From assembly GCA_963801165.1 (NCBI GenBank), contig CAWDDT010000007.1, forward strand, positions 128,001-192,000: a stretch of DNA of 64,000 nt. Reading direction: 5' to 3'. Shown in pieces: positions 19,154 to 32,469 of the stretch. The position numbers and the translations under genes are program-made. The notes beneath the pieces are model-generated. The model was not told where the DNA came from, searched no databases, and saw nothing but the letters and a program-made list of their open reading frames with translations. The stretch's first letter is position 1, and the number at the start of each line of letters is the position of its first letter. Origin of the DNA: an uncultured bacterium (lineage in GTDB: Bacteria; Actinomycetota; Acidimicrobiia; Spongiisociales; UBA5794).

Positions 19154-20893
19154 TCAGGCGGATAGAGCGTCACCGGATTGGGAAGCGGCGATCGGCTGTG
19201 GCCTTGCGGTGTTCTGTGCCCGGGCCGGGAGCCGTATCCAGAAACATGCCCCGCCAAGACGCTCGGAGCGGCGGTAGCCGGTGAGACCGCCATGTGCGGT
19301 AGCAATGTCCCTGGTGATGGCGAGACCGATTCCCGAGCCGGGGACTGTGGCGTTGAGGTGGTTCGGACCTCGCGAGAACTTCTCCCAGATGACGAGCTCG
19401 TACTTGCGTGGAACGCCGGGGCCGTCGTCGTGGACTTCGAGGACGAGCGTGGACTGATCCGAGCCGACTACGAGCTCGATATTGCTACCGCCATAGCGAA
19501 TTGCATTGCCCAGCAAGCAGTTGAGAGCATGCTGTATCCGCTGGTTGTCGACGAATGCAACCGTGTTGCGATCGGCGTCCACCCGGACCATCGATGGGTC
19601 GATCTCGCCGGAGTTGACCGCCCGCCAGGCGAGCTCGTCGACGGGTACGGATTCGATGTTGAGATTCATGGCGCCGCCGCTATCGGAGGCCAGCATCATG
19701 AGGTCGCTGACCACCCTGGCCAGGTATCCCGCCTGTGCGTTGACAACCGATATCAACTCGAGTCGCTCGCCTGTGTCGACGATCGCCCCCGAGTCGAGCA
19801 GGTCGAGGAAACCGACGATCGATGTGAGCGGGGTCTTCAACTCGTGGGAGATCGAAGCCGCCAGAGTGGCACGCTGCTGCTGTAGGGATCGGCGGCTCTC
19901 CTGGATTGCGACCCCCTGGCGCGTGATAGTCAGAATCGCCACGAGGACAACAGCGTGGAGAAGGCCTTGCTCTTCGGAAGTCCCCAGGCTCGAGAATCTG
20001 ATCATCATGAGACCTACGAGTAGCAGCGCTAGACCGTATGGCAAGACCAAAGCCCATGTTGGCGAGGACGTCCGGTCGGCGTACTCACGCTCGCGCGGGG
20101 TGACACCGACGTTGTAGGCGGCGGCAAGGAACATGGACACAGCGACGATGTTCAGCCCCAACATCGGCTCAGCCTCGGCGAAACTGTGTCCGAGACCCGA
20201 TCTGAGGAATGCGTAGTCGGCCAAACCCTGTGCGATTGCTCCGACTCCGAAAAGTACCAGCCGGCGGTCGAAGCGGTAGGCGGAGCGCTTGATGACGACC
20301 ATCAGCAGCGTGACCAGCACAGCGCCGTCCAACGCCACATACGACGTCCCGACAAAGCGAGCCCAGGTGGGGGCGGTACCGAGGCCGGTGGTAACGGACC
20401 GCAAGGTGAGCGCCCAGAGGAGGCTGAAGACGGCGACTCCCCCAATCGTCCCGTCCAGCAGAAGGCGGATCCTGTGCCATTTGCTGCCTGCGGTGTGCGG
20501 AAGGGTGCCTATTCCGAGGATCCCCACTGCATACCCCGTGAGCCAGATGAGGTCGATCGGCCCAAACGTGGCGACGTCGCCACGGAGTAGCCAGATCGCG
20601 CCGTGCAGCACAACACCGCCGGCTGCCAACGAGAACCCGACCCCGACAAGCCTCCAGGCTCTTCGTTCCAGTGGGGTGAGATGCTGCGAGCGACGTATGA
20701 ACATCGATGCGGCCGCCGTCAAGCCAATGGCGATGATCGAAGCGGACAAGATGGCGGCGAGTTGATCCGGGAGAAAAGCCGCGGCGAAAACAGCCGCAGT
20801 AGTAGCGACGACAAAAGCGCGGGTCACCCACGGGCTTGTCACGGCCGTCGGTGCCCCTTCATTCCGTCCCGGCAAGGCACACATCCCTACCAC
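19154..20893 (-). CDS. Membrane-integral sensor histidine kinase (about 10 TM)
   Basis: ISHELKTPLTSIVG H-box, LLGNAIRY N-box, DDGPGV, GSGIGLAI; long hydrophobic N-terminus; start uncertain. Confidence 0.9.
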   Translation of the reverse strand: MVGMCALPGRNEGAPTAVTSPWVTRAFVVATTAAVFAAAFLPDQLAAILSASIIAIGLTAAASMFIRRSQHLTPLERRAWRLVGVGFSLAAGGVVLHGAIWLLRGDVATFGPIDLIWLTGYAVGILGIGTLPHTAGSKWHRIRLLLDGTIGGVAVFSLLWALTLRSVTTGLGTAPTWARFVGTSYVALDGAVLVTLLMVVIKRSAYRFDRRLVLFGVGAIAQGLADYAFLRSGLGHSFAEAEPMLGLNIVAVSMFLAAAYNVGVTPREREYADRTSSPTWALVLPYGLALLLVGLMMIRFSSLGTSEEQGLLHAVVLVAILTITRQGVAIQESRRSLQQQRATLAASISHELKTPLTSIVGFLDLLDSGAIVDTGERLELISVVNAQAGYLARVVSDLMMLASDSGGAMNLNIESVPVDELAWRAVNSGEIDPSMVRVDADRNTVAFVDNQRIQHALNCLLGNAIRYGGSNIELVVGSDQSTLVLEVHDDGPGVPRKYELVIWEKFSRGPNHLNATVPGSGIGLAITRDIATAHGGLTGYRRSERLGGACFWIRLPARAQNTARPQPIAASQSGDALSA

Positions 20894-20916
20894 TATCGGT
20901 AGGAAAGTCGGATGCG

Positions 20917-22200
20917 TTAAGTGTTGGCCATCGCGGTGAGCGCGTTATCTTTGCGGGCCGGGTGGTGACTAGTGCTACGCAGGTCGACGGTGATATCCGG
21001 TTCCGTCTGGTCAGGTAGGCGGCGCCGGATCGCCCGGATCAAGCCTCGCAGCTGTCCCTCAGTCTGGTTGAGCGTGACCGTGAAGCGAATTCCGCCCTGG
21101 CCGCGGGGCACCACCGGGTAGCCGGCGGGGTTGACGTAGTAGCCGTCGTCGAGAAGCCCGCGTACAAGCCGGATGATGTCCGTCACTGCTCCGACACGGA
21201 CAAACCAGATCGGGGTGGCATCGTGGCTGGGCAGGCTCAGATCGTTTTCGACGAGCAACGAGTGGGCGAGTGCGATCCTCTCGTTGAGTTCGCGTTGCCG
21301 GATCGGATGCTCGTCGGAGAGATGGAAGTCGGCTGAGGCGATCGCCGCCCCGAGCGAGGCAGGGGGGATCGGGCCGGAGAAGAGGAACGTCGGTCCGCAG
21401 TAGGCGACGGTTTTCGCCAGGTCGGCGTCCCCGAAGGCGAGTACGGCGCCGTTGGCTCCGAAGGACTTCGAGAGGCCACCGGCAATCACCATGCGATCGT
21501 GCCAGGGAACCCGGTTGAGGATTTCGCCTCGTCCGTGCACACCTTGCCAGCCGACGCCGTGGGCGTCGTCGTAGTAGAGGTGGAGGTTGGGGTACTTGTC
21601 GAGGAGCGGGTGGATGGCCTCGGCGGGGGCGATGTCGCCGTACATGGAGTAGACGCCGTCTGCGATGTACCAGATCCGGTTTGCGTGGCGATGATGCCAA
21701 ATCGCGGCATCGAGTGCGGCGACGTCATTGTGCGGGAGCGTGTCTACGAGAACGCCACGGCCCCGCAGGAGGTCCATGGCCATCTGAAGGGACGCATGGG
21801 CTTGATGATCGACGAGCGCGACGTCGCCCGGCAGGATGAGCACGGGGAGAGCGGCCAGGTGTGCCAACGTCGTCGTAGGCGCTACCGCCACACTGGCTCC
21901 GAACACCGACTCGAGTCTGGATTCGAGCTCCGAGTACAGCCCGAGAGCGGTGTATGTCGTTGACGACGAATGACCGGTTCCGTAGCGAGCGATGGCCTCG
22001 GTTGCGGCCGCGGCGAGGCGCGGGTCGCGGTTGAGGCCGAGGTATGAGCAACTACCGAAGTCGACGACCTCTTGCCCTCCGATCGTCATCATGGCACCCT
22101 CGAGGCGGTCATCTTCGGTGCGCAGCCGTCCCACGCCCATGGCAACACCTGCGTCGATACGTGATTTGGTGATGTCGAGCATCCGTTGATACCTGGACAT
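20917..22200 (-). CDS. PLP-dependent alpha-oxoamine synthase family enzyme (BioF/Spt/CqsA fold)
   Basis: FGSCSYLGL, DHQAHASL, HND, DGVYSMYGD, DDAHG, LSKSFG (PLP Lys), YPVVPRGQGGIRF; GGAGG SD. Confidence 0.88.
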   Translation of the reverse strand: MSRYQRMLDITKSRIDAGVAMGVGRLRTEDDRLEGAMMTIGGQEVVDFGSCSYLGLNRDPRLAAAATEAIARYGTGHSSSTTYTALGLYSELESRLESVFGASVAVAPTTTLAHLAALPVLILPGDVALVDHQAHASLQMAMDLLRGRGVLVDTLPHNDVAALDAAIWHHRHANRIWYIADGVYSMYGDIAPAEAIHPLLDKYPNLHLYYDDAHGVGWQGVHGRGEILNRVPWHDRMVIAGGLSKSFGANGAVLAFGDADLAKTVAYCGPTFLFSGPIPPASLGAAIASADFHLSDEHPIRQRELNERIALAHSLLVENDLSLPSHDATPIWFVRVGAVTDIIRLVRGLLDDGYYVNPAGYPVVPRGQGGIRFTVTLNQTEGQLRGLIRAIRRRLPDQTEPDITVDLRSTSHHPARKDNALTAMANT

Positions 22201-22290
22201 GAGCCCTCCGGTTGGCTATTTGACATCTTCACTTATTGTGGTTGACCATACACAGAAAGCAGCATCCTTGAAAAACGAGAGCAGGTCGAT

Positions 22291-23121
22291 GTGCGTTTCA
22301 CCGGTCTGGAGCTGATACAGGCGGCGGCAATCCCCGACCATGAGGCGCGCCGGTTGCTGCTGTCGGTTGCCGGCGAATCGCCCCCCTGGCTGATCGGGGA
22401 TCCGGCGGTACCCGACGCCGTGGTTGCCGGGTTCGAGGAGGCAGTGCGGCGGCGTCTCGCCGGCGAGCCGATTCAGTACATCGAGGGAAGATCTCAATTC
22501 GGTCCCATAGAGCTTCGCATCGACCACCGCGCTCTGATCCCAAGGCCCGAGACGGAGTATCTGTACGAGATCTGTCTCGAGATCCTGGAGCAAGAGCGCA
22601 CCCCGACGATTGTCGACCTGTGTACCGGCAGCGGTGCCCTCGCTCTGGCTCTGAAGTACGCTCGCCCGGACGCGATGGTCGTCGGGACCGACATCTCGCA
22701 GCCGGCCCTGACCCTCGCCAGATCGAATGCCGACGTGCTCGGTCTCGATGTCGGCTTCAGACATGGCGACCTGTTTGCCGCCCTTCCGCAGAAGCTGCGT
22801 GGATCGTGTGACCTGATTGTGTCCAATCCGCCATATGTATCGGAGACCGAGTTTGCAGACCTGCCGGTCGAGATATCGAGGCACGAACCGCGCCGGGCCC
22901 TTGTCGCCGGCGCCGACGGGCTCGATGTGCTGCGCATGATGGCCGAAGGGGCAATGGTGTGGCTGAGAGCAGGGGGCAATCTCATTTGCGAGATTGGCGA
23001 AACGCAGGGCGACAGTTGTCTCGACTTGTTCACCTCGTATGCCCCGGAGATAATCCCCGACCTCACCGGGCGCCCGCGCTACGTTCGGGGACGTGCTCCA
23101 CAGTTGCCGAAACTGCACTAG
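22291..23121 (+). CDS. prmC: Release factor glutamine methyltransferase
   Basis: RRLAGEPIQYI, LIPRPETE, DLCTGSG, SNPPY, DLTGRPR. Confidence 0.95.
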   Translation: MRFTGLELIQAAAIPDHEARRLLLSVAGESPPWLIGDPAVPDAVVAGFEEAVRRRLAGEPIQYIEGRSQFGPIELRIDHRALIPRPETEYLYEICLEILEQERTPTIVDLCTGSGALALALKYARPDAMVVGTDISQPALTLARSNADVLGLDVGFRHGDLFAALPQKLRGSCDLIVSNPPYVSETEFADLPVEISRHEPRRALVAGADGLDVLRMMAEGAMVWLRAGGNLICEIGETQGDSCLDLFTSYAPEIIPDLTGRPRYVRGRAPQLPKLH

Positions 23122-23151
23122 GTTGAATCCATACCGTTGAAGGGGAACAGA

Positions 23152-23715
23152 ATGTCGATCGAGCAAGCTGTTGCAGCACTCAAACGGGGCGAGATCGTCG
23201 GAGTGCCTACGGACACGCTTTACGGTCTGGCGGCAGATCCTTTCCGGGAAGATGCGCTGAGCGCCATCTTCGAGCTCAAGGGTCGTCCCACCAACAAACC
23301 ACTGGCGATTCTGGTGTCATCGCTGGAGCAAGGGATGACGATCGCCTCGCTCTCCGATCGTGCCCTGGATCTAGCGGACCTGCATTGGCCCGGTGCGCTG
23401 ACTCTGGTCCTGCCCAGGCTGCCCTCCGCCCCGCCCTGGCTTGGCCACTCCGGGCGGCGCACCGTTGGTCTTCGGTGTCCCGACCATCCGGTGGCTCTCG
23501 AGCTACTCAAGCGGTACGGGCCGCTTGCGGTGACTTCGGCGAACCTGTCCGGCCATGAATCGGTCCTCAACGACCTCGACGCTCGCGATCTCTTTGGCGA
23601 CGCGGTGTCCGTGTACCTCGAGGGCAAGGCGAAGGGGGGCCAAGCGTCCACGATCATCGATCTGACCGAACCCTCGCCACTAGTCCTCCGCGACGGCCCC
23701 GTCCGCAACCTCTAG
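23152..23715 (+). CDS. tsaC: L-threonylcarbamoyladenylate synthase (Sua5/YrdC)
   Basis: PTDTLYGL, KGRP..KPL, WPGALT, TSANLSG, STIIDL. Confidence 0.93.
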   Translation: MSIEQAVAALKRGEIVGVPTDTLYGLAADPFREDALSAIFELKGRPTNKPLAILVSSLEQGMTIASLSDRALDLADLHWPGALTLVLPRLPSAPPWLGHSGRRTVGLRCPDHPVALELLKRYGPLAVTSANLSGHESVLNDLDARDLFGDAVSVYLEGKAKGGQASTIIDLTEPSPLVLRDGPVRNL

Positions 23716-23720
23716 TCTCT

Positions 23721-24140
23721 TTTCCTCTCCCTTTGGGAGAGGTGCCGAGTGCAGCGAAGGCGTGGCCGATTCTTTCCCTCTCCCTCTGGGAGAGGTGCCG
23801 AGCGCAGCGAAGGCGGTGAGGGCCGATTCTTTCCCTCTCCCTTTGGGAGGGTGCCGAGTGCAGCGAAGGCGGTGAGGGCCTTGTGTATGAGATGTCGCCC
23901 CCCCGATCGGTTGCCGTGCAGGATGCGACGTGCCCGATTCTTTCCCTCTCCCTTTGGGAGGGTGCCGAGTGCAGCGAAGGCGGTGAGGGCCTTGTGTATG
24001 AGATGTCGCCCCCCCGATCGGTTGCCGTGCAGGATGCGACGTGCCCGATTCTTTCCCTCTCCCTTTGGGAGAGGTGCCGAGCGCAGCGAAGGCGGTGAGG
24101 GCCTTGTGAACGAGATGGTCGCCCCCCCGATCGGTTGCCG
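23721..24140 (+). repeat. Palindromic intergenic repeat array (module A x5; last three at 111-bp period)
   Basis: TTTCCCTCTCCCTTTGGGAG(A)GGTGCCGAG(C/T)GCAGCGAAGGCGGTGAGGGCC near 23721, 23773, 23830, 23941, 24052; linker GTCGCCCCCCCGATCGGTTGCCG x3. Confidence 0.95.
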
Positions 24141-24248
24141 GGCACCAATTCTCCCGGTAGCCGGGTCCGCGGGATGGGTAGCTGGCTTTGTGGTGAGGTC
24201 GTCCGTCACTGCTAGCCTCGCTCGGAACGCTCGCATGAGGAATCGTCG

Positions 24249-25520
24249 ATGTCGGACATGAGGCCAATCGAGAAAGTCGACCCGCAACTCGCCGGGCTGA
24301 TCGCAGAGGAAGTTGCACGGCAGCGTGCGCAGATCCAACTGATCGCATCCGAGAACTACATCACTTATGCGACCATGCAGGCGTCATCGTCGGTGCTGTC
24401 CAACAAGTACTCCGAGGGCTACCCGGGCCGTCGCTACTACGAGGGCTGTCAGGTAGTCGACAAGGTCGAGACGTTGGCGATCGATCGGGCCAAGCGGTTG
24501 TTCGGCGCCGAGCATGCGAACGTCCAGTCGCACAGCGGATCGCAGGCGAACATGGCCGCCTATCTGGCAGTGCTCGAGCCGGGCGACACGATTCTCGGAA
24601 TGCGGCTCGACCAGGGCGGCCATCTCACCCACGGTTCCTCGGTCAACTTCTCCGGGAAGCTCTTCAACGTCGTTGCATACGGAGTCGACAGGGACACCGA
24701 GCAGATCGATCTCGACGAGGTACGGCGGTTGGCGCACGAGCATCGTCCGAAACTGATCATCGCCGGGTACTCGGCGTACTCGCGCTACATCGATTGGGCG
24801 GCCTTCCGTCAGATCGCAGATGAGGTCGACGCCGTGTTCCTGGTGGACGCCGCCCACATCATCGGGCTCATCGCCGGAAGTGCACATCCCAACCCGGTTC
24901 CCCACGCCGACATCGTCACGGCGACGACACACAAGGCCTTGCGCGGTCCTCGCGGCGGGCTGATCCTGAGCCGGACACGGTTCGCCGACGCCATCGACAA
25001 GGCGGTGTTCCCGTTGACGCAGGGTGGTGCCATCAACAGCCAGATCGCAGCCAAGGCACTGTGCTTCGAACTGGCGAGCCGCGCCGAGTTCAAGTCGTAC
25101 GCCAATCAGATCGTCCGCAACGCCAAGGTGTTGGCCGGAGCGATGGACGACGAGGGGTTGCGGGTCGTGAGCGGGGGTACCGAGAACCACATGTTCCTGG
25201 TTGATCTACGGTCGCTCGATCCCGAGCTGACCGGCAAGGAGGCCGCCCGCTTCCTCGATGAGCACGGCGTGACACTCAACCGAAACGCCATTCCGTTCGA
25301 TCCGCGGCCTCCGTTTGTCACCAGCGGGCTGCGGCTGGGGACACCGTCTGTGACTTCCGCCGGGATGATGCAGGAGCAGATGGTTCTGCTCGGCAAGCTC
25401 ATCGTCGAGCTCCTGCGCAAGCGAATCGATCCATTTTCCGTTGATTTGTACACGGGTCAGGTTCGTGAGCTCGCTGAGGCCTTTCCGCCATACCCGGAGG
25501 GATTCCCCGGACATGCTTGA
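24249..25520 (+). CDS. glyA: Serine hydroxymethyltransferase
   Basis: [49 protein letters not shown]. Confidence 0.97.
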   Translation: MSDMRPIEKVDPQLAGLIAEEVARQRAQIQLIASENYITYATMQASSSVLSNKYSEGYPGRRYYEGCQVVDKVETLAIDRAKRLFGAEHANVQSHSGSQANMAAYLAVLEPGDTILGMRLDQGGHLTHGSSVNFSGKLFNVVAYGVDRDTEQIDLDEVRRLAHEHRPKLIIAGYSAYSRYIDWAAFRQIADEVDAVFLVDAAHIIGLIAGSAHPNPVPHADIVTATTHKALRGPRGGLILSRTRFADAIDKAVFPLTQGGAINSQIAAKALCFELASRAEFKSYANQIVRNAKVLAGAMDDEGLRVVSGGTENHMFLVDLRSLDPELTGKEAARFLDEHGVTLNRNAIPFDPRPPFVTSGLRLGTPSVTSAGMMQEQMVLLGKLIVELLRKRIDPFSVDLYTGQVRELAEAFPPYPEGFPGHA

Positions 25521-25722
25521 CCGTGGGGGGCCGCGGCGGGATGAGCGTCTCGTCCCGGCTCACCGCCGGGGGATCGACCGTGATGGATCGGCGAAGGTTG
25601 TTGCAGCCGGGGCATTGGTAGGCTTGCCCGCGGGAAAGGGTCGTGGGTACAGTGGCGCCCGTTTTGCCGGGGACCACACGATCGGTGTGCCGGCAAATGC
25701 GGCGGGGACGGTGAGGCCAATC

Positions 25723-25989
25723 ATGACAAACGGTGAAGACCAGAGCGGGGGCAGCCACCTCGTTCCCGACCGGGCTGAGGTTACGGGCGCTTTCTCGCCG
25801 GGTGTCGACTTCATCTCGTCCGTTGTGGCCGGGCTGCTGCTCGGCCTCGGGTTAGACTGGTGGCTCAACACGAGGCCGGTGTTCGTGGTCATTGGCGTGG
25901 TGGCGGGGTTCATCAGCGGCTTTCTGAAGCTGTGGCGGTACTCGGCGTTGATGGAACAGCAAGCAAAGGAAAGAACACGTGGATACTGA
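25723..25989 (+). CDS. AtpZ/AtpI family protein
   Basis: GLLLGLGLDWWLNTRPVF two-TM motif, first gene of atp operon. Confidence 0.8.
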   Translation: MTNGEDQSGGSHLVPDRAEVTGAFSPGVDFISSVVAGLLLGLGLDWWLNTRPVFVVIGVVAGFISGFLKLWRYSALMEQQAKERTRGY

Positions 25990-26418
25990 GGCGCCCAACG
26001 ACGTCTCAACGAGGTTCGAGCCCGCTCCGGGAGCTGCCAACATCGAAGCCGCCATCGGTTATGACACCGTGAAGCGCAGCGTTGTGGTCGGCCCGTTGCT
26101 CATCGTGTTCTTCTGGATCGTCGGCGGCTGGCGCGGCGGCCTCTCCGCTGCCGGCGGAGTTGCCGTAGTTGTGGCGAATTTCGTCCTCGCCGGGCTGATC
26201 CTCTCCCGCGCCGCAGCCATATCGCTGACGCTCTATCATGCGGCCGCCTTGTTCGGTTTCTTCCTCCGTTTGGCCCTGATTACGCTCGTCATGCTCGTGA
26301 TCGCCAACCTGGTGGAGGTCGATCGGATGGCGATGGGTATGGCGGCGATCGTGAGCTATCTGGTGCTGTTGTCGTGGGAAGCGGTCGCGGTGTCGCGTGG
26401 CAAGACAAAGGAGTTGGA

Positions 26419-26428
<10 letters not shown>
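25979..26428 (+). CDS. atpI: ATP synthase subunit I-like membrane protein
   Basis: 4 TM segments, directly before atpB. Confidence 0.75.
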
Positions 26429-27541
<1,113 letters not shown>

Positions 27542-27550
27542 GGCGTCAGC

Positions 27551-28105
27551 GTGATCGTTTTTGCAACGTTGTTTCTCGCCGCAGCCGATACGCAGGAGCC
27601 TTCGGGGCTCGACTTGCTGCTGCCGCGCGACCGCAACGAGATAATCGCCGGGCTCATCGCATTCCTGATTGTCTTCTTCTTCATCTGGAAGTATGCCGTC
27701 CCGGCGCTCAACGACCTGCTGGCCAACCGGCAGAGCGCCATCAAGGCAAGCCTCGAGGCCGCGGAGGAGGAGAAACAACAGGCTGCGACCCTCAAGGCCG
27801 ACTACGAGAAATCGATCGCCAATGCCAGGGAGGAAGCCAGCAAGATCGTCGAGGATGCTCGCCAGGCCGGTGAGTCGGCGCGGGCCGACATCGTGTCGAG
27901 GGCGGAGGGCGAAGCTACCGCCATCAGGACCAGGGCCGGTGTAGAGCTCGAGGCCGAGAAAGAACGCGCCGTGACATCCATGCGGCGCGAGGTCGCAGGC
28001 CTGTCTCTGGACGTAGCCGAGAAGCTGGTCGGTCGGAGCCTCGATCGTGCATCCCAGCAGGAGCTGGTCGATCAGTTCATCGACGAGCTGGGCGGTAAGG
28101 GCTGA
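27551..28105 (+). CDS. atpF: F0 subunit b
   Basis: One TM followed by a long coiled coil; operon position. Confidence 0.93.
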   Translation: MIVFATLFLAAADTQEPSGLDLLLPRDRNEIIAGLIAFLIVFFFIWKYAVPALNDLLANRQSAIKASLEAAEEEKQQAATLKADYEKSIANAREEASKIVEDARQAGESARADIVSRAEGEATAIRTRAGVELEAEKERAVTSMRREVAGLSLDVAEKLVGRSLDRASQQELVDQFIDELGGKG

Positions 28106-28107
28106 TC

Positions 28108-28638
28108 ATGGTTACCAGCCACGTTGATGGGTACGCCCGGGCGCTGCTTGATGTCGTCTCGGCTGAGGGAGACACGGACCGTCTGTCGGACGAGCTGTTC
28201 CTCGTCGCCCGGGAATTCGGTGAGTCGGAGGATCTCAGCGGTGCGCTCGAGGATCCGCTGCTTCCGTTCGAGAGGAAGCAGGCGATCATCTCCGACCTCC
28301 TCGGCGAGCGTGCTTCCGCGGTGACCGTATCGCTGGTCAACATGCTCGTCGGCGTCGGCAAGATCAAGGACTTCCCCGCGATCACCAAGCGGATGATGGA
28401 GTTGGCGGCGGAAGCCGAGGGCGAGGTAGTCGCCGATGTCACCAGCGCAGTCGATCTGGACGAGGCCACCCAGGAGCGGCTCGCCGCGAAGCTGGCCGCG
28501 GTGACCGGCAAGCGGGTACGACTCCACGTTGTGGTCGATCCTTCGTTGATTGGTGGGTTGGTCGCCCAGGTTGAAGACACATTGTTCGACGGGTCGGTAA
28601 AGAGCCGGCTCCAAGATTTGCGAGAGGCATGGGCATAG
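28108..28638 (+). CDS. atpH: F1 subunit delta
   Basis: YARAL, VDPSLIGG, DGSVKSRL. Confidence 0.94.
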   Translation: MVTSHVDGYARALLDVVSAEGDTDRLSDELFLVAREFGESEDLSGALEDPLLPFERKQAIISDLLGERASAVTVSLVNMLVGVGKIKDFPAITKRMMELAAEAEGEVVADVTSAVDLDEATQERLAAKLAAVTGKRVRLHVVVDPSLIGGLVAQVEDTLFDGSVKSRLQDLREAWA

Positions 28639-28641
28639 CGC

Positions 28642-30150
28642 ATGGCTGATCTAACCCTGACTCCCGAAGACATCACCGGTGCACTCCACCGCAGCCTCGA
28701 AGGATGGACCCCTTCCGTCGAGGCCGAGACGGTTGGCTACGTGGCCGCCGTCGGGGACGGTGTAGCCCGGGTCGTGGGCCTTCCCCACGCAATGACGTCG
28801 GAGTTGCTGGAGTTCTCCGGTGGGCTCACCGGTGTGGCCCTCAACCTCGACGAGGATTCCATCGGTTGCGTCATCATGGGCGAGGCATCCCGAATCGAGG
28901 AAGGCGACGAGGTTCGCTCCACCGGCCGGGTGCTCTCGGTGCCTGTAGGCGACGGGCTGCTCGGACGGGTCATCGACCCGCTCGGGACCCCGCTCGACGG
29001 CAAGGGCCCTCTCGAATTCACCGAGACCCGTCTTCTCGAGACGCAGGCGCCCTCGGTCGTAGAGCGGCAGCCGGTGAAGGAGCCTCTGCAGACCGGGATC
29101 AAGGCCATCGACGCGATGACGCCGATCGGTCGCGGCCAGCGCCAGCTGATCATCGGCGACCGGCAAACCGGCAAGACCGCGATCCTCATCGACACGATCA
29201 TCAACCAGAAGGGTCTCGGCGTTAAGTGCATATACGTCGCCATCGGCCAGAAGGCGTCGACGGTCGCCGAGGTCGCCGATACGCTCGCAGCGGCCGGGGC
29301 GATGGAGTACACCGTCATCGTCGCCGCCCCCGCCTCCACCGCGGCCGCCCTTCAGATGTATGCGCCGTATTCCGGCTCGGCGATCGGTCAGTACTGGATG
29401 TACAAAGGCGAGCACGCATTGGTCATGTTCGACGATCTCTCGAAGCAGGCGGTTGCGTACCGTGAGATCTCGCTGTTGCTGCGGCGCCCACCGGGGCGTG
29501 AAGCGTATCCGGGTGACGTCTTCTATCTGCACAGCCGGCTTCTGGAGCGGTGCGCCAAGCTGAGTGACGAGCTCGGGGGCGGTTCCCTGACCGGTCTGCC
29601 GGTCATCGAAACCAAGGCCAACGACGTGTCTGCCTACATCCCGACCAACGTCATCTCTATCACCGACGGGCAGATCTTCCTCGAGTCCGATCTGTTCTAT
29701 TCGGGTATCCGCCCTGCGATCAACGCAGGTATCTCGGTTTCCCGCGTCGGTGGAGCGGCGCAGGTGAAGGCGATGCGGAAGGTCGCCGGACCGCTCCGGC
29801 TCAACCTGGCCCAGTACCGTGAGCTCGAGGCGTTCGCCGAGTTTGGCTCCGAGTTGGACGAAGCTTCGCTGGCACAGCTGGAGCGCGGGTCGCGTGTTGT
29901 CGAGATCCTCAAGCAGGGCCAGTTCGCCCCGATGCCCGTGCAGGAGCAGGCGGTGTCGATCTTTGCGGTTACCGAGGGCCACATGGACGACGTCCCGATC
30001 GAAGAGGTCCGCAAGTTCGAGGCCGGTCTGCTCGAGTTCGTGCGCACCAGGCATTCCGGTCTCCTCAACGAGATCAGGGACACGGGCGAGCTGCCCGTGG
30101 AGGGCATCGTTGCCGCCATCAACAACTACAAGGCGTCTCAGGAGCACTAG
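28642..30150 (+). CDS. atpA: F1 subunit alpha
   Basis: [38 protein letters not shown]. Confidence 0.98.
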   Translation: MADLTLTPEDITGALHRSLEGWTPSVEAETVGYVAAVGDGVARVVGLPHAMTSELLEFSGGLTGVALNLDEDSIGCVIMGEASRIEEGDEVRSTGRVLSVPVGDGLLGRVIDPLGTPLDGKGPLEFTETRLLETQAPSVVERQPVKEPLQTGIKAIDAMTPIGRGQRQLIIGDRQTGKTAILIDTIINQKGLGVKCIYVAIGQKASTVAEVADTLAAAGAMEYTVIVAAPASTAAALQMYAPYSGSAIGQYWMYKGEHALVMFDDLSKQAVAYREISLLLRRPPGREAYPGDVFYLHSRLLERCAKLSDELGGGSLTGLPVIETKANDVSAYIPTNVISITDGQIFLESDLFYSGIRPAINAGISVSRVGGAAQVKAMRKVAGPLRLNLAQYRELEAFAEFGSELDEASLAQLERGSRVVEILKQGQFAPMPVQEQAVSIFAVTEGHMDDVPIEEVRKFEAGLLEFVRTRHSGLLNEIRDTGELPVEGIVAAINNYKASQEH

Positions 30151-31029
30151 GTGGCCTCTGCTGAAGTACGGCAAATCCGGCGGCGCATAAAGAGCGTCGA
30201 GTCGACGATGAAGATCACGCGGGCGATGGAGCTCATCGCGACGTCGCGGATCGCACGGGCCCGCGTCCGGGTCACTGAGAACAAGCCGTACACCGAGAAG
30301 ATGAACGACGTGATCCGCAACCTCGGTGCCGGGAGCGGCGCCGTCCGGCATCCTCTGCTGGAACGCCGTCAGGTGCGCTCGGCCGGGGTGGTCGTCGTGT
30401 CGTCCGACCGTGGGCTCGCCGGTGGGTACAACTCGGGTGTTATCCGGATGGCCGAGCATCGGATGCATGACCTGCAGGAAGAGGGGAAATCGGTTCGCCT
30501 GTATACGGTGGGCGACCGGGGCAAGTCGTACTTCGCATACCGCAAATTCGACATCGAGCGCGCCTGGCTGGGAGTGACCGACACCCCCGGCTACGGGGAC
30601 GCCCGCATGATCGGCAACACCCTGCTCGAGGAGTACGAGACCGCAAAGGTGGATTCGGTCGAGGTATTTACCACCCGGTACGTGACGGCGTTGACCCAGC
30701 GGCCGGAGCAGTGGTTGGTGCTGCCGATCGAGCCACCGGAAGCCGGCGAGAAGAGCGGCCCGTCGGTCGGCTACACCTTCGAGCCGTCGGCGGAAGACAT
30801 CCTGGCCCGGCTGCTGCCGCGCTATCTCGAGGGTACGATCTTCGGGATGCTCCTCGAGGCGTCGGCATCCGAACATGCAGCCCGCCGCAGAGCTATGAAG
30901 GCGGCAACCGAAAACGCTGAAGAGCTCGTGCGTCTCCTGACCCGTGAGGCCAACCAGGCCCGCCAGGCTGAGATCACAACCGAGATATCTGAGATCGTCG
31001 GTGGCGCCGAGGCGCTCGCCAACGGTTAG
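30151..31029 (+). CDS. atpG: F1 subunit gamma
   Basis: KITRAME, SDRGLAGGYN, RQAEITTEISEIVGGA. Confidence 0.97.
   Translation: MASAEVRQIRRRIKSVESTMKITRAMELIATSRIARARVRVTENKPYTEKMNDVIRNLGAGSGAVRHPLLERRQVRSAGVVVVSSDRGLAGGYNSGVIRMAEHRMHDLQEEGKSVRLYTVGDRGKSYFAYRKFDIERAWLGVTDTPGYGDARMIGNTLLEEYETAKVDSVEVFTTRYVTALTQRPEQWLVLPIEPPEAGEKSGPSVGYTFEPSAEDILARLLPRYLEGTIFGMLLEASASEHAARRRAMKAATENAEELVRLLTREANQARQAEITTEISEIVGGAEALANG

Positions 31030-32468
<1,439 letters not shown>

Positions 32469-32469
<1 letters not shown>

Noticed and set aside
20917-22200. Calling the enzyme bioF or cqsA outright
   Set aside because: Motifs identify only the family; there are no bio genes nearby and no alignment was possible.
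23721-24140. CRISPR array
   Set aside because: Repeat is about 55 bp, intervening sequences are identical or absent rather than unique spacers, the same unit is dispersed elsewhere, and there are no cas genes.
28651-30876. Long antisense ORFs opposite atpA/atpG, hom/thrC, the peptidase and the GT fusion
   Set aside because: Typical shadow ORFs of high-GC codon usage.
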